Positions 1 through 12,960 of a stretch of DNA of 64,000 nucleotides are shown piece after piece. The number at the start of each line of letters is the position of its first letter. Within the stretch, counting starts at the first letter, position 1. The notes under the pieces were generated by a model. The model saw only the letters and a program-made list of their open reading frames with translations. It searched no databases and was not told the DNA's origin. Source of the stretch: Octopus bimaculoides (lineage: Eukaryota); the NCBI RefSeq assembly GCF_001194135.2, contig NC_068998.1, forward strand, positions 43,192,856 through 43,256,855, given 5' to 3'. The position numbers and the translations under genes were made by a program.

Positions 1-44
1 AGACATTCTCAGTGGATGTAGATATGGAGTTTGAAAACGCTATT

Positions 45-720
45 TAGATTTGCTCTTCCTTTGAAGGGTATGCTTTTGCAATCCAGGAATTGGAAGTGGC
101 AACAAAATATTTGATGGAAAAAATGGAACAGAAATGCAGATAAAAAAAAAACACAACTGAAACAGATTTTGTAATTAATCTCAGAAATGTAACTCATTTT
201 ATATGCAACTGTTCAAAATTGCCATGGTTTTATCTACCTATGAAGCATGTTGTTGTGATCAAAATTTTTACACACAGGATAGTTCTGGTGATCAGAAAAA
301 AAAACAAAAACATAGTAGTAAAGTCAACAACACACTCACTCCTAACATGAATGAATACTTGTAGAATGTTCTTGTTAAAATCTCGATAAAACAAACCAGA
401 CATAATGATCCAGGACAGAGAAAAGAAAGTATGCACAGTTGTAGAAATCAGTTGTTCGACAGATGATAGCACAGTGTTAAAAGTAAGAGAAAAAATAAAG
501 TATCTATGCTGAATTAATGAGAAATTTGCTGACGCTACATCTAGACTACAACTTTAAATTTACACTTGTAACTATTGAAACACTTGCTTATGGAATTAAC
601 TGTCTCAGCGCCAGTCTTAATAAGCTGCGCTTCACATAACCAGAAAAGATTTGGTTAAGAAATTACAATTATAAGCCATTAATGGAACTTCAACAATATA
701 AAATGTTACTGGAGTTTAGT
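45..720 (+). mobile_element. Degenerate 3' end of an RLE-type (R4/Dong-like) non-LTR retrotransposon ORF
   Basis: Manual translation across frameshifts and stops gives SSFEGYAFAIQELEVATKYL, then a decayed CCHC knuckle region (KCR...NVTHFICNCSKLPWFYLPMKHVVV), then NKPDIMIQDREKKVCTVVEISC (390-455, PD-(D/E)xK-type restriction-like endonuclease core), then YAELMRNL...FKFTLVTIETL. This motif order is typical of R4/Dong-like elements. Confidence 0.8.
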
Positions 721-1041
721 CTTTTGCAAGTATAAATACACTCACATATAGTTACTAACGTATGTATATGTACACATATACAAGTCAAAATGTACGTATT
801 CAGAAGAGACATAAACACAGACATATACATGCATAAATGACTGCCTAATTGATGTTGTCTGAATGTCTATGAAGGAATCTTGTTTCTAGGCTGGAAACTA
901 GCTCTTTCTCTGTTGGGGAGAAATTTTATAAATGAAATAAAAGGAACATGGCTTACATATAGGCTTATATAAGAGTTACAGTCCATATATATTTCTCTCT
1001 AATGGAAAGAAATTTGAATAGGCAAACCATTACAACCTACG

Positions 1042-1206
1042 TACAAGGGCATGCTGAAAAGTTCTTGGCTTTAAGGGTATCACGAAAGGCCTGGCTGGAG
1101 GCCCAGCCGTCAGAGTTTTTTTACAGGGTTAAGAAAACTGAAGGACTGCTGCAATGAGTGTGTGAATCTGAGAGGGGAATAAGTTGGATAGAACCATAAT
1201 TAACTG
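1042..1206 (+). mobile_element. Truncated mariner-derived non-autonomous element
   Basis: TA + CAAGGGCATGCTGAAAAGTTC (mariner-style TIR) followed within about 100 bp by LKDCCNECVNLRGE*V, resembling the mariner C-terminal 'W.KC....G.Y.E' motif. No right TIR seen. Confidence 0.6.
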
Positions 1207-2094
1207 TGATTCACATTGGCTTTATATAGTCCTTAATAGACTGCTTTTCATAGGTGGAGTAATGTGAATGATAGTTCAGTATGTTACAGGTAGACAGAAG
1301 TAATTATGTAGGAAGTGGGTAGTTTGGAAGAATAGGAGTTAAGTATGTGTTTGTAGGGTGTGGGTTGATAGAAAGGAATGTGAAGAAATTTATTCTGGTT
1401 TGATAGGGATTTTTTTTTTTGCTGTTTAGTGGTCAGTTAGTGGAGTAACCAAACAAGTAAATCCCTGTCATATTCAGGCCACAATATTATTTGTATATAA
1501 GTATAATTTTCTTGCAATTTAGGGATCATAAAGGAATGCAACATATTATATATATCGCATGTTTTGTGGCGCTCATTTTATATTGTGTGGATGTACTCTT
1601 GAGGTCAACAAAGAAAGAATTATCACGGTTGCATATTAGATCAAAGTATCACTACTACTACTACTACTACTACTACTATTGCCAGAAATACGAAGAAATG
1701 GAGACCAAATGTTAACTATTGATGGAAGAAAGAAAACAAGAGTGATCTAACCAAAAGAATAAAAAGTTGAGGTGTGGCGGAATGAAGAAAGTAAACTCTG
1801 GAAATGAATGAGATTAAGTGCAGAGCAAGCATTTTCAATAATTTCCAGCAATTTTATTTTATTTTATTTTATTTTATTTTATTTCATTTTATTTCATTTC
1901 CAATCCTCCTTCATTTCTATTTGGCATTTTCTTTTTATTTTCTGTTTTCTTTTCTTTCATTTAATTTTTTTTTGTCTTTTTTTTTTACTTCTTTCTTTGA
2001 TCATCATCTGACTTCTCTGCACTTCGATGATTCTTCGATTCTTCTTTGATTTTTCCTTTTCCCTCCTCCAATCTTTGATGCTAGTTTTCCAGTC

Positions 2095-2139
<45 letters not shown>

Positions 2140-2760
2140 CCCCTCCCTTGTCTTTGATTATTATTTTTTTCTTTGATTCTTTCCCGCTTTAATTTATATT
2201 CTTCCTCTCTTTCTCAACTTCCATTTTGCTTTTCTGCTTTACTTTTCACCACCATCATCCTCATCATCATCATCATCATCATCATTTGTTTTCCTTTTAC
2301 CATACTTCTTTGCTGCTTCTTCCACTTCTTTTATTTTCCCTCATGTTTTCTTTCCTTATTCTCTCTTTCTTATTCTTCACATTCCGCTTCTGCCTCACCC
2401 TTTCTTCTCTCCTCCTCTTCCTCATTATATACAGTCATCAACTTCTGTTATATTTCTTTCAAACCTTCCACTTACGTTCTTTAAGTGCTTTATTTTTGCT
2501 TTTCTATTTTACCTCTTTCCAGCAAAATTCCCAAAGTGGATCCCATAAACCTGTCTTCTGCATAGCAAGTCAATCGCTAATTATTCCTGTTTCACTAAAA
2601 TATTTGCTAATTACAAAGCATTGAAATAGTTTCCAGTATCAAAGAGGGTACTTTTCCATAAACTTAAATATTAGGGTTTGTTTTTGTTAATCCTACTTCA
2701 TTCTTGTTAAGGATAGCGGTTGCTAAACCCAAATCAGTCTGAATTCCATCCTGTATACTC

Positions 2761-2983
2761 TTTACTCTTTTACTTGTTTCAGTCATTTGACTGCGGCCAT
2801 GCTGGAGCACCACCTTTAGTCGAGCAAATCGACCCCCAGGACTTATTCTTTGGAAGCCTAGTACTTATTCTATCGGTCTCTTTTGCCGAAACGCTAAGTT
2901 ATGGGGACGTAAACACACCAGCATCGGTTGTTAAGCGATGTTAGTGGGGCCAAACACAGACACACAAACACCCACACACGTAT

Positions 2984-3017
<34 letters not shown>

Positions 3018-3109
3018 ACGACAGGCTTCTTTCAGTTTCCGTCAACCAAATCCACTCACCCAAGGTGCCATGCAGTGAGACTGAACCTAGAACCATGTGG
3101 TTTGTAAGC
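2761..3109 (-). mobile_element. tRNA-derived SINE family A (internal microsatellite), runs into gap
   Basis: Same sequence blocks as other family A copies (TTTACTTGTTTCAGTCATTTGACTGCGGCCATGCTGGAGC... and TTTCAGTTTCCGTC.ACCAAATCCACTCAC...). It has an internal deletion near 3060. Confidence 0.9.
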
Positions 3110-3861
3110 NNNNNNNNNNNNNNNNNNNNNNNNNNNNNNNNNNNNNNNNNNNNNNNNNNNNNNNNNNNNNNNNNNNNNNNNNNNNNNNNNNNNNNNNNNN
3201 NNNNNNNNNNNNNNNNNNNNNNNNNNNNNNNNNNNNNNNNNNNNNNNNNNNNNNNNNNNNNNNNNNNNNNNNNNNNNNNNNNNNNNNNNNNNNNNNNNNN
3301 NNNNNNNNNNNNNNNNNNNNNNNNNNNNNNNNNNNNNNNNNNNNNNNNNNNNNNNNNNNNNNNNNNNNNNNNNNNNNNNNNNNNNNNNNNNNNNNNNNNN
3401 NNNNNNNNNNNNNNNNNNNNNNNNNNNNNNNNNNNNNNNNNNNNNNNNNNNNNNNNNNNNNNNNNNNNNNNNNNNNNNNNNNNNNNNNNNNNNNNNNNNN
3501 NNNNNNNNNNNNNNNNNNNNNNNNNNNNNNNNNNNNNNNNNNNNNNNNNNNNNNNNNNNNNNNNNNNNNNNNNNNNNNNNNNNNNNNNNNNNNNNNNNNN
3601 NNNNNNNNNNNNNNNNNNNNNNNNNNNNNNNNNNNNNNNNNNNNNNNNNNNNNNNNNNNNNNNNNNNNNNNNNNNNNNNNNNNNNNNNNNNNNNNNNNNN
3701 NNNNNNNNNNNNNNNNNNNNNNNNNNNNNNNNNNNNNNNNNNNNNNNNNNNNNNNNNNNNNNNNNNNNNNNNNNNNNNNNNNNNNNNNATATATATATAT
3801 ATATGTATATTTCTGCTGCTTTTAAATAAAGTATATATATATATATATATATTTACCATTT

Positions 3862-4095
3862 ATTTGTTTCAGTCATAAGATGTTGGCTATGCTGAGTCAC
3901 TGACTTGACAAGTTTTTTAGCTGAGCAAATTGACACCGGGACTTAATTTTGTAAGCCTAGTACTTATTCTTTTGACCTCTTTTGCCAAACTGCTAAGTTA
4001 CCGGGATGTAAACACATCAACACCGGTTGTCAAGTGGTAATGGGTGGGGACAGACACAAGGACACACTCAAATACACACACACACACACACATGC

Positions 4096-4126
<31 letters not shown>

Positions 4127-4345
4127 CTCTTTATTCTCTTTTGACATTTGTCAGTCATTTGACTGTGGCCATGCTGGAGCACTGCCTTTAGTTGAACTAA
4201 TCAACCCCAGGACTTATTCTGTGTAAGCCCAGTACTTATGCTATCGATATCTTTTTGCTGACCAGCTAAGTTTTGGCGACATGAACACACCAACATCAGT
4301 TGTCTAGTGCTGGTTGGGGGACAAACACAGAATCACACACACACA
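3862..4345 (-). mobile_element. Two tandem 3'-half copies of SINE family A
   Basis: Blocks at about 3862-4075 and 4128-4345 each match the family A tail (CAGTCATTTGACTG...CTAGTACTTATTC...CTAAG...GGGGACAAACACAG) and are separated by (CA)n(TA)n. Confidence 0.8.
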
Positions 4346-4380
4346 CACACATACACACACACAAACACACACAAATATAT

Positions 4381-4414
<34 letters not shown>

Positions 4415-5046
4415 CTATATATAACAATTAGAAAATGGAGGATAATATGCTGAACCCAACTACTTGCAGACGATGTATCCCGTTGAATTCATTAATTTAA
4501 TTCATAGCAAAAGTGACAAAAAAAGAAAGAAAAAGAGAGAAAGAACCAAAGCACAGGTGTCTATGNNNNNNNNNNNNNNNNNNNNNNNNNNNNNNNNNNN
4601 NNNNNNNNNNNNNNNNNNNNNNNNNNNNNNNNNNNNNNNNNNNNNNNNNNNNNNNNNNNNNNNNNNNNNNNNNNNNNNNNNNNNNNNNNNNNNNNNNNNN
4701 NNNNNNNNNNNNNNNNNNNNNNNNNNNNNNNNNNNNNNNNNNNNNNNNNNNNNNNNNNNNNNNNNNNNNNNNNNNNNNNNNNNNNNNNNNNNNNNNNNNN
4801 NNNNNNNNNNNNNNNNNNNNNNNNNNNNNNNNNNNNNNNNNNNNNNNNNNNNNNNNNNNNATATTATCCTCCATTTTCTAATTGTTATACAAATTTGGGG
4901 TAAAACCTCCACTTTTACCCACTCCCATTGATTGCACTTAGTATAGCACTAGTGTAGCAATAATTGGGTACCCTCCCAGCAGTATACTGGATAGATACTA
5001 TCCCTTAGTGGGTTGAACCCCCAACCCCTAACTCTCTCACGTTATA

Positions 5047-5078
<32 letters not shown>

Positions 5079-6082
5079 CATGGTGATGGTGGTGATGATG
5101 ATGATGATGATAACAATTGATAGTGATGATGATGATGATGAGAATGGATTCTTTTACCTCTTTATCATATTAAAAAATACATAAAATGGACTATTTTGAA
5201 GTTTTGCATCTTTATGTTACGCACATGACGGGTCATATTTTATTAAGTGTTTTAGGGTTCACTTTTTTTTTTGTTCCTGTAACCTGGAAATTTTCATTTT
5301 TGCTTCAAATTTAGAATTCCAGAAATAAAAAAAAAAAAAAGAAAATCTTACCCAAATTCTACCACATTACAAAACCGCCACTACCTCAAGCAGTCTATAA
5401 ATAGTCTCTCTTAAAGTTTGATGTGGGTGCTGTTTTTACCCCTGCCTCTTCATTTTTCTTCTTCTTCTAAGTAAATTTTTACTCTAAAAAAAACAAACAA
5501 AAAAAAATGGCAACCAGAAGCTGCAAAGAACATTTAAAAATAAATGTCATTTGATCATCCCAGGGAAGTTGCAGAGAAAAGTGAACGAAGTGAAGCAGAT
5601 AGTTTGGATATTACTGCTGCTGATTCTATGGCATGTATATGTTTGTGCGTCTGTGTGTGCACATATATATATATATATATAAATATGTATACACACTCAC
5701 ACACCTACACACATATAAACACATATATTTATAGAGAGAGAGAGAAAGAGGTGATATTTAATGTATGTGTAACAAAGTGTAACATTTACCTCTTGGATTC
5801 ATTATGTTCTTTAGCACCCATCTAAACCTACTAAATTTGCTTGCTCTGATACAACAAAGAGCTATTTCATACATAATCGAGACAGGAGTGGGGCTCTGTG
5901 TGCTCTCTCAACAGGCTAGATATAGTCACCAAATCTCTCTCAATCATGCCTTTTATTCTGTAACCCTTTAGCACTTAAACCAGCTGAACCTGGCCCAAAT
6001 ATTCTATTTGTTTTATTTTCAAACTAACTGGATCTAAACAGTCACATCATTGAAATTTTGAGTTACAAGATAATGCATGATT

Positions 6083-6558
<476 letters not shown>

Positions 6559-6770
6559 ATCATAAACAATGTGGATGAATAAGCATTACATTTCACAGAA
6601 TAATCTGAATGCTAAAGGGTTAAGAAGGATGAAAACGGATATATTATAAAATTTAGTTTTAGATTCACTATCGTTGAATAAAATATTGGCGGAACCTGGC
6701 AAGAATAAATTTGATCATAAATCTGTCCAATCAGGGAGCTAAACAAAGAGGACCATGAAATCAAAGTTCA

Positions 6771-6922
6771 GCTTCTTTCAGTTTTCCACTACCAAATCCA
6801 CTCACAAGACTTTGGTTGGCCCAAGGTTATAGTATAAGACACTTGCCCAAGGTGTCCCACAGTGAAACTGAACCCAGAACCATGTGGTTGAGAAGCAAGA
6901 TTCTTACCACACAGCCATGCCT
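6771..6922 (-). mobile_element. SINE family A, 5' half
   Basis: CTTCTTTCAGTTTT...CCAAATCCACTCACAAG...ACTTGCCCAAGG...CTTACCACACAGCC. Confidence 0.85.
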
Positions 6923-7978
6923 GGACAAGCAGATTGGATAATTCGGTTCTAGTTATTTTACTAAATTCTTTATTATATTTAAAGTAATTGAAAGAAACAC
7001 AGAGCATCTCAAAATGAATGCTGTAATGAAAGGGTTAAACTCTTTATATGGCTCCAAATCTGACTGAAGTTTTCTAAAAGACAAAGGATAAAAAAATGTG
7101 CCCACACCTGTTCTATACCTAGATTTTGCACAGTACAAACTGTCCTATTTTTGGTTTTGTTTTTTTTTTTTTAACTGTGAGAGGAACACTAATGCAAAGA
7201 CAAAAGGACAAAAAAATTTTGAAAACAATAATAAATATCTTAATTTTTTCAGTACTTTATGAAAAATAAAAAGAGAAATTATTGGAAATAATTAATTAAT
7301 TAATTAAATAGCTTAAGTTAATTAAATAACAACAAAAACTAAAACTGTTGACTGTTAAAAAAAATTGATGGAAGAAATATTTGTGTTTAGAATTATTTCC
7401 AGCATTGCAGATAAAAGAGAGAAGAAGAGAGGAAGAAGTGATAGATAGAAAGAGAGAAACCGAATCTAATTCTGTTTTACATTTATCATAGAATCATTCA
7501 TACTTAAGGTGAGATTATTGGTCACAGAAGTAATGTTGCTGGTGGTGCATCCAACAACAAAGTACAAGAGTATTAATAATAATTTCTATTGATCTGATTA
7601 GTCTGGCGGCAGACTGTTGAGTGAGCAGGTGTGTTGATCACTCCCCTTCTACATCACTCATGCTAGCAGTTCTTGAAGTTCATTTACAAGAAAAAAAATA
7701 TAAACTCATCTTCTGGATGAAACAAAGAGAAACGCAACCTTATAGGCATAGAAATGGCTACATCGTTAAGAAATTTGCTTTGAAGCTGAATGGTTTCAAG
7801 TTCAATTCCAGTACTTGGCACCTTGGGGGTGACTGTTTTTATTATCATAGCCCTGAGTGGATCAAAGCCTTTTGAATGTAAAGAAACTACTAGGAAGCCA
7901 AGAAGAGAAAAATTGTTCCTGTTTTTGAATGGTATTTTTATTTTACTTGTAACAACATGCTCTAGCCCTTCAATGCCA

Positions 7979-8112
7979 TTAGTGGTAATCACATTGTTGC
8001 AAATATTCAGGTTGGATATCTGGTTTGAAGATAACCTTCTTCCATTCTTCTAACTTGTCTTTGATGATCTGAAAAAAAGTCATATGCACTTCCACTTCTC
8101 CGCTTAACAAAG
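7979..8112 (-). CDS. Terminal coding exon of an unrecognised minus-strand gene
   Basis: Acceptor tttattttgatttttacag|CT (phase 1); open frame (A)LLSGEVEVHMTFFQIIKDKLEEWKKVIFKPDIQPEYLQQCDYH* with protein-like composition; minus-strand AATAAA at 7942-7937, about 37 nt after the stop; not part of any repeat I recognise. Confidence 0.6.
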
Positions 8113-8371
8113 CTGTAAAAATCAAAATAAAAAAAAGAAAAAGAAAACGCAAGAAATAGCAAGAGTAAGAGAGAGAGAGAGAGGGTATATGTGAAAGAGA
8201 TAACTTTATATTTCGTGACTGATGTTTTGAATATTTTAGCTAAGTTTCATTCAATAGTCTTTCCTTTTGTGTTTAAAATAATGGAAGTCAATTTTTAATT
8301 CTTAATTCTGAGCGCAACATGTCCATTAGAAAGACTTAATTGAGAAGGCCTTGCTAATATAATATTATTAC

Positions 8372-8527
8372 TGGTGTGGCTATGTGGTATGAAGCTTGCT
8401 TCCCAACCACATGGTCTCACGTTCAGTCTCACTGCATAGCAACTTGGGCAAGTGTCTTCTACTATAGCCTTGGGCTGACCAAAAAATTGAGTGGATTTGG
8501 TAGACAGAAACCAAAAGAAGCCTGTTG
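8372..8527 (+). mobile_element. SINE family A, 5' half
   Basis: TGGCTATGTGGTA...GTTCAGTCTC...CTTGGGCAAGTGTCTTCTACTATAGCC...GGATTTGGTAGACAGAAAC. Confidence 0.85.
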
Positions 8528-8676
8528 TGTGCGCGGCCTCATTGTCACAGTGGTTGAAGAAGTGTCTCATGGATGTAGGAACTGACTGGGATACTACTGC
8601 TCAGTGGGTCACTCAGGATGACCCAAGCAAATACCAGCAGAGTATTCCCGGTAGTGACCTGAATAATAATAATAAC

Positions 8677-8708
<32 letters not shown>

Positions 8709-8720
8709 TAATAACATCAT

Positions 8721-8899
8721 CAAAAAATACCTCAGGAATGAGAACCCAGGTTTGAAATTTCCGCAAGACACCTGATGAAGGCTGGAGGGTATATCAGTCG
8801 AAACGTGTTAACAACAAACAAGATGAGGACAAATATCTGTCAAATGTAAATAATGTAAATAATGTACATAATTCCTCATCTCTTAAATATAGAACTGTA
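8721..8899 (+). mobile_element. Penelope-like element terminal repeat with degenerate hammerhead ribozyme motif
   Basis: Follows an (AAT)n run. Contains ACAC-CTGATGA-A-GGCTG(GAGGGTATAT)CAGTC-GAAAC-GTGT. Its 3' part (AATGTACATAATTCCTC.TCTCTTAAATATAGAACTG) recurs at about 10141-10193. Minimal hammerheads in Penelope-like terminal repeats are established. Confidence 0.6.
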
Positions 8900-9424
8900 A
8901 AAGTTAAAGAATTTTTAGGTCTCTTTATTAATTTTCTTAAAAGTTTAATACAGGATTCCAAGAAGATCTTGGAAGGGTAAGAAAATATAAGTAAGTTACT
9001 GCATGTTATTTGCTCCTGCTTGATCAAAATAATCTACATTTTTTTCCCCTGAAACCTGAGAAAGGTGGCATTTGTAAAATGCCATTCTATAAAGTTGGTT
9101 ACTGTGCTTGAAAAGTTTGAGAACTATTGGTCAGAATCATATTAGCTAAATACATAGGATAAAATAAAACAAAATAAAGAAGTACCAAATAGAATTTTGC
9201 AGCAGATAGGACTAAGTTTGTATATCTTCGTGGATTTGTGAATTGTCATGTTTTCGGCATGGCCTTTCTTCAGGAGAAAAATGAAATGTTTTATGAAATC
9301 ATGTTTCCATTATATTGTACAAACTTATTTGTATTCGCATATTAGCTCAGTAAATGTACCGTTTGATTAGCTATTGGTCTGTTTAAATAGAAATTCCGGG
9401 GACTCTACTAACACAACAATGTGG

Positions 9425-9650
9425 AAGCCTCTGTGTGGTTGTTTGACCTGCTAAAAATAGCTGCAAATTCTCCCTCAAATCACATTGTAGCCTTTATTAT
9501 TTTAAAGAAAACCATAAAAAATATATGGAACAGACTGTATTTGCATTAGAATGTAGACTGTAGTTGCATTAAAGATGGGATGGTCATGGTTAGCATGTCT
9601 TTGAACATAGGTTGACTTGATCAGGGCTGATGTTGGGTATAAAAATAACT
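9425..9650 (+). repeat. Degenerate interspersed repeat (second copy about 20160-20345)
   Basis: Shared blocks TGCTA.AAATA.C...AAAT.T.....AAATC.CAC and CTTGATCAGGGCTGA in both copies. Confidence 0.55.
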
Positions 9651-9719
9651 CTTTTTTTTCTTCTCTTAGAAAACTGTTTTTTGGGAAATGTATTTTGTTA
9701 CCCTGTTCTATATCTTTTA

Positions 9720-10048
9720 TCTTTTACTTGTTTGAGTTGTTTTGGCTGTGGCCATGCTGGGGCATCGCTTTAAAGGATTTCAGCTAAAGAAATCAATCTC
9801 AGTTCATTTTTTTAAGCCTAGTACTTACTCTATTGGCTTCTTTTACCAAACTGCTAAGTTATGGGGATGTCACCTCACCAACACACACCACACACACTCA
9901 TACATGCACATGGTGGACTTCTTTCAGTTTCCATCTACCAAATCAACTCACAAGGTTTGGTCTGCTTGAGGCTATAGCTGAAGACACTTGCCGAAGGTGC
10001 CACGCAGTGGGACTGAACCTGGAACCATGCAGTTGAGAAGCAAACTTA
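9720..10048 (-). mobile_element. SINE family A copy
   Basis: Tail, short (CA)n and head blocks as in 6083-6558. Confidence 0.88.
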
Positions 10049-10929
10049 CCACTGAACCATGCCTGTGCTTGTTTGTTTATTTTAATTTATTTCTTAATTT
10101 CTCATAAAACATACAATAAAAAACATCAGTAAATAAATTATGTAAATAATGCAAATAATGTACATAATTCCTCGTCTCTTAAATATAGAACTGAAATGGT
10201 GTAATGGGTTCAATTTCTCTCAACGTTTTCAAGAACATATTTTACCAAGTTCCCTTTAAAAGTTTCCTGCAAAGAAGCAGTGAAACTTAGTGCAGTGTGA
10301 GAAGACAAGTCAAGGTCTCAATATTTTAATCAATAACTTGTATAATGTCAAATATTCAGATAATGCCATGTAGTTGGCACTTTCAATCGTTTAGACCTCA
10401 TCTTAAAGATTTATTAGTTTGTACTTTTACTGTTGACTGTGATATATTTTATTTTATTTATATTTTTATTTTTACTTTTCTGTTGGGTAGGGGATTCTTT
10501 TGTGAACCAATAAGATATGTTCTGATCTTAGAGCTATAAAATTTCTCTAATTCTGAAATGCGAAGAAAATGCACACAAACACAAACACACACATTTTCTC
10601 TCTGTATATATATGTTTTGCTCTTTCTGTCTTTCTCCATCTCTCTCTGTCTGTCTGTCTCTCTCTCTGTCTATCTTTCATATACACAGGCACTTGCATGC
10701 ACACATATACACGCACAGATCCTTGGATTTCCTTCTATAAATAAGATCAATAGGAAACCTGGCCTGCATCCAATCCATTCTAAGTTTTTCTTGCATCTTT
10801 AAAATCTTGCCATTCAATAAAGTGTTTCATGATACTTACACAATGCAGCAAGATATTCTAACCAATACATTTTGGATTATGTAATGCAGTAAAACTAAAA
10901 CTGAGCAAATGATATAGAGCAATATCAAT

Positions 10930-11150
10930 GATATCATTTTGATATCACTGAAGTATATGGAATTTGGATATCACCAAAATGTATTAAACTTGGATATTAT
11001 TGAAGTATACAGGCCATGGATATTATGGAAGTGTATGAAACTTGGACATTAGTGAAGCATAACCATCTTCAACACCATTGTTGTATATCATATCTGAACA
11101 TCACCGAAACTTGGTAACCACAGAAATTTATCAAACTATTTGAATCGTAT
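10930..11150. repeat. Degenerate ~26-bp minisatellite
   Basis: Units such as TTGGATATCACCAAAATGTATTAAAC / TTGGATATTATTGAAGTATACAGGCC / ATGGATATTATGGAAGTGTATGAAAC / TTGGACATTAGTGAAGCATAACCATC. Confidence 0.6.
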
Positions 11151-11429
11151 CATTCTGTTGTTATTCTTCCTATTTCGATCTGATGGATGTTGTCTTTAAA
11201 TGGTACTTATTTATTGAGCTACCAATGAAGTACGAAATTGTTTATGTATGTCCTATCAAGTCATATTTTCTTTCAGAAATGATGTTATAGAATAATAGTG
11301 ATCAGTGTTTTCACAAGGTACTTATATGCAGCATCTATCATTTAGCAAATTCAGAATTGCAATATCTGATGCTGTAGAGAGAACAAGGCACCAAAGATTG
11401 TAATAATAATCTTGGTATAAAAGATGGAT

Positions 11430-11935
11430 TACAGAAAATATTCTGCTCGATATCACAGATTTGCTTGTCAGTTGTTTGACCTTAACCACTTGAGCATATC
11501 CCCTGGTGGCTGATGATATGTGCCTTTCTGATCATGAGCAGAAGTGGGCAAGCATCATAGCCATGTGTTGAGAGGAATACTTTGGAGTTTAAATAATTCA
11601 CCTCTGGAAACATGGGTGTTTTGTTCATCATCCTGAAACAAACCAAATTCAGGGACCTTTTGAGCAGGATGGGCTTCTCGACCTGAAGAAAATTCTAAAA
11701 GGGCCCCACCTGTGAGGTCATGCACTGTTTATCTTGATATGAGATCACCATGTCGCGCATGTATTGTTGAGATACATATGCCTGGTGTACCCTTATCAAA
11801 CAGGCTGTCATGATGGGTATATTGAGCATCATATATTTGTATCCCAGTGTCACTTTGATGGCATGTGCTGCTTTCTCACTCAATAATAATAATATAATAA
11901 TAATAATAATAATAATAATATTAATAATAATAATG
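11430..11935 (+). mobile_element. Interspersed retroposon-like repeat with (AAT)n tail (partial copy about 44369-44515)
   Basis: AAATATTCTGCTC.ATA.CACAGATTTGCTTGTCAGTTG.TTGACCTTAA... is shared with the 44369 region; the element ends ...CTCACTC followed by (AAT)n. Confidence 0.7.
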
Positions 11936-11942
11936 CCCAGCA

Positions 11943-12110
11943 GAGCTCCTACAGAAAGTTTGTCTCTTAGGGAGAGCAAGGATTATCAGAAGGATTCTAA
12001 GCACTTGAATGACTGCAGAAAACTTTTGGATACCTAAGGTTACAGGCAGTAACCCGCTACCCACATAAATCCTACCAGAAATAAGACCGAACCTAAGCCA
12101 AATCAAAATG
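11943..12110 (+). mobile_element. 3' terminus of RLE-type non-LTR retrotransposon
   Basis: ELLQKVCLLGRARIIRRILST* (11943-12008) matches the 'LQK..LLG.ARI.R.VL' C-terminal motif of R4/Dong-like ORFs; followed by a short UTR and (AAT)n. Confidence 0.7.
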
Positions 12111-12167
12111 ATAATGGTAATAATAATAATAATAATAGTAGTAATAGTAATAATAATAATAATAATA

Positions 12168-12213
<46 letters not shown>

Positions 12214-12624
12214 TGATGATGAAACAAAAAGGAATTTGGAGGGGTGATCCATATCCTGCATGCAGATAAATTGTGGTGGTGGTGGTTTCTTTTAAGGCAC
12301 GACGCCTCATATTTGATGGTGGAGGGATCAGTTGATTATGTTGATCCCCACTGAAGATGAAAATGTAAAGCTGACCTTAATTGGATTTGAACTCCGAACA
12401 TGAATAAATAAAAAAATGGCCGGAACAAACACATTAACAATCACCAACAACATCCTCTCAATCATTATTATTATTGTTGTTGTTGTTGTTACTCTTATTA
12501 TTCCTAAACCGAAGCCGCTGCATTCCATTCCAATGCAGGATTTACTGACATAGATTTTTCTCTGATAGAAGAAAGACTCAGGCTTCATTTTCTCCAACAA
12601 TTTCTTTCCATCTGTTTTCATTCT

Positions 12625-12960
12625 TATTTACTTCTCTTCCTTTCACATCTTCTTCTTCTCTTTCTTCTTCTCCTTCTTCTTCGCCTTCTTCTTATCCTCC
12701 TCCTTATCCTCCTCCTCCTCCTTCTCCTTCTTTTTCTTTTTCTTCTTCTCCTCCTCCTCCTCCTCCTCCTTTCACATCCTGCTCCTCCCCTTCTATCATT
12801 TCTTCTTTTTCTTCTCTTTCTTCTTATTCTCCTTCTCCTCCCTCCTCCTCCTTCTTCTCTTCCTCCCCTCCTCCTCCTCCTCCTCCTCCTCCTTCTTCTT
12901 CTTCTTCTTCTTCTTCTTCTTCTTCTTCTTCTTCTTCTTCCCCCTCCGCCTCCTTTCTCA
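12625..12960. repeat. (CTT/CCT)n polypyrimidine trinucleotide tract
   Basis: Mixed TCC/TTC repeats, nearly pure pyrimidine on the + strand. Confidence 0.95.

Noticed and set aside
2523-2624. Strong + strand acceptor followed by KIPKVDPINLSSA* or QNSQSGSHKPVFC...
   Set aside because: No partner exons or recognisable motif.
5352-5520. Minus-strand segment with good acceptor and donor (also 7504-7712)
   Set aside because: No usable coding frame, and it lies downstream of the inferred stop and poly(A) signal; could be non-coding exons but is unsupported.
7492-7508. Plus-strand 17-nt microexon-like signal (ctaat...ttatcatag|AATCATTCATACTTAAG|gtgaga); similar + strand signals near 39188-39199 and 41703-41713
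   Set aside because: I could not build a consistent + strand exon chain; treated as chance signals.
10930-11150. CRISPR-like periodicity
   Set aside because: Units are contiguous and diverged with no spacers, in a eukaryotic context with no cas genes.
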